Shown here piece by piece: positions 62,895 through 64,000 of a stretch of DNA of 64,000 nucleotides. The position numbers and the translations under genes are program-made. Within the stretch, counting starts at the first letter, position 1; each line of letters starts with the position of its first letter. The notes below the pieces were generated by a model. The model had not been told where the DNA came from. It searched no databases and saw only the letters and a program-made list of their open reading frames with translations. Source of the stretch: Carcharhinus longimanus (Eukaryota); NCBI GenBank assembly GCA_030264375.1, contig JASCQW010000043.1:37768449-37832448 (forward strand), written 5' to 3'.

Positions 62895-63366
62895 CACAGT
62901 GTCCACTACCTGACGTGATTCTGTAATTGGAAAATATTTGTTAAATAGTCCCCAGTGTACTAAAAATTATGCTGATAACCCATTTTAAGATTGTCAGTCA
63001 GACTGTCAGTGCAGCATATTTGCATGTGCTGGAGGCTACATATATTAATACACAGCGTTTTGTTCTCTGCAGACAGAAAGAAGATACACACAGAATGTGC
63101 CTGCTTCCATTAAACAAGGTAAATGATAGCCGTTCACTGGTTCATTTCTCAAGGCAATGCCATGACCGATCAAAGTCAAGTTGCCTGGTTTAAATTTTCA
63201 AATATGCTTGACAGTTAATCATCAGTCATATTAACTGGTGCATTACCCATGGTAACACCTCCACCATAATACAGTATAATGTTGTTTCCTCTGACATTGG
63301 TATTCTTGTGATTGTCCTGATGAGTGCAAGATGAAAAGCTTCAACAAAATGTAATTTTTCAGCAAT
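62895..63366 (+). mobile_element. Penelope-like element 3' end (GIY-YIG C-terminus plus pLTR)
   Basis: DSVIGKYLLNSPQCTKNYADN.FKIVSQ..AYLHVLEATYINTQ..LCRQKE, followed by a non-coding terminal repeat with TATAA and a hammerhead core. Confidence 0.82.
63312..63347 (+). ncRNA. Minimal type I hammerhead ribozyme
   Basis: TTGTC-CTGATGA-GT-GCAAG-AT-GAAA-AGCT-TC^AACAA: intact core, short stem II, palindromic loop III, stem I TTGT/ACAA. Confidence 0.75.
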
Positions 63367-63367
63367 G

Positions 63368-63890
63368 CTCAAGTATTTATCTCCTTATTTATGGAAAGAT
63401 GTAAATGTGCTAGAGATAGTTCAGAATTTTTTTTCTAGACGAATATCTAGGATTGTTTTATGGGAAAAGTTAGACAAGCAAGACTTGTATCCATTGCAGT
63501 CTAAAAGAGTAAGAACTGACTTGATTGAAACATTTCGGATCCTGAGGGGTCTTGACAGAGTGGATGTGGTGAGGATGTTTCCTTTTGTGGGAGAATCTTG
63601 AACCAAGACTCTCTGTTTAAAGTAAAGGGTCACTCGTTGGAGACAGAGATGGGGAGAATGATTTTCTCTCCGAGGATCTTTGGAACTCTTTCTCAAAAGG
63701 CAGTGGAAGCAGAGTCTTTAAATATTTTTATCGCAGAACTCAATAAGCAAGGGGAGGTTGAGTGGGGAAGATTAAACGCGGTAGGCAGGAATGTGGTTAC
63801 AATCAGATCAGCAATGAACTTATTGAGTGGCAGAATGGCTTAAAGGGCCAAGTGTTTTACTCCTGCTTCGAATTCATATGTTTTTATGTT
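63368..63890 (+). mobile_element. CR1 LINE 3' end
   Basis: YLSPYLWKDV..LDKQDLYPL..DLIETFRILRGLDRVDV.RMFP; GGGCCAAGTG..TCCTGCT tail. Confidence 0.88.
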
Positions 63891-64000
63891 TGTACAAGAT
63901 GTCTGGTGGTTGTGAGGAGCTCCAAATAAATGCACTTTGTCTTGTACTAATGGAAGAAATTATATCATCATTTCCTTATGCATAGGTGCAATGTACTTAT

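Noticed and set aside
1-64000. CRISPR arrays, operons or other prokaryotic systems
   Set aside because: The sequence is vertebrate repeat-rich DNA; no regularly spaced repeat-spacer array or gene-dense region was seen.

Overview
Eukaryotic, repeat-dominated DNA from an elasmobranch, most likely a shark. The assignment rests on abundant HE1-type V-SINEs, HER1/CR1 LINEs and SacSINE1-like DeuSINEs. It is a draft assembly with many N gaps. No intact host protein-coding gene was recognised, so the window reads as intronic or intergenic. It is a layered record of transposable elements: CR1, L2-group and Rex1 LINEs; at least four tRNA-derived SINE types; two decayed Ty3/Gypsy elements and several solo LTRs; PIF/Harbinger remnants (Myb/SANT and DDE genes) with about ten 110-135 bp MITEs; and Penelope-like ends. 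The most interesting signals are: (1) a minimal type I hammerhead ribozyme with an intact core at 63312-63347, plus a palindrome carrying two back-to-back decayed hammerhead cores at 51785-51987; (2) a V-SINE subfamily whose 3' hairpin matches the Rex1 LINE tail with compensatory base changes, suggesting a tail swap to a Rex1 partner; (3) a parathymosin-like retrocopy fragment; (4) a TIR-bounded Harbinger chimera containing a ~300 bp inverted repeat. All calls were made by eye. Family names come from remembered consensus features, and boundaries are approximate unless TSDs or TIRs are quoted.
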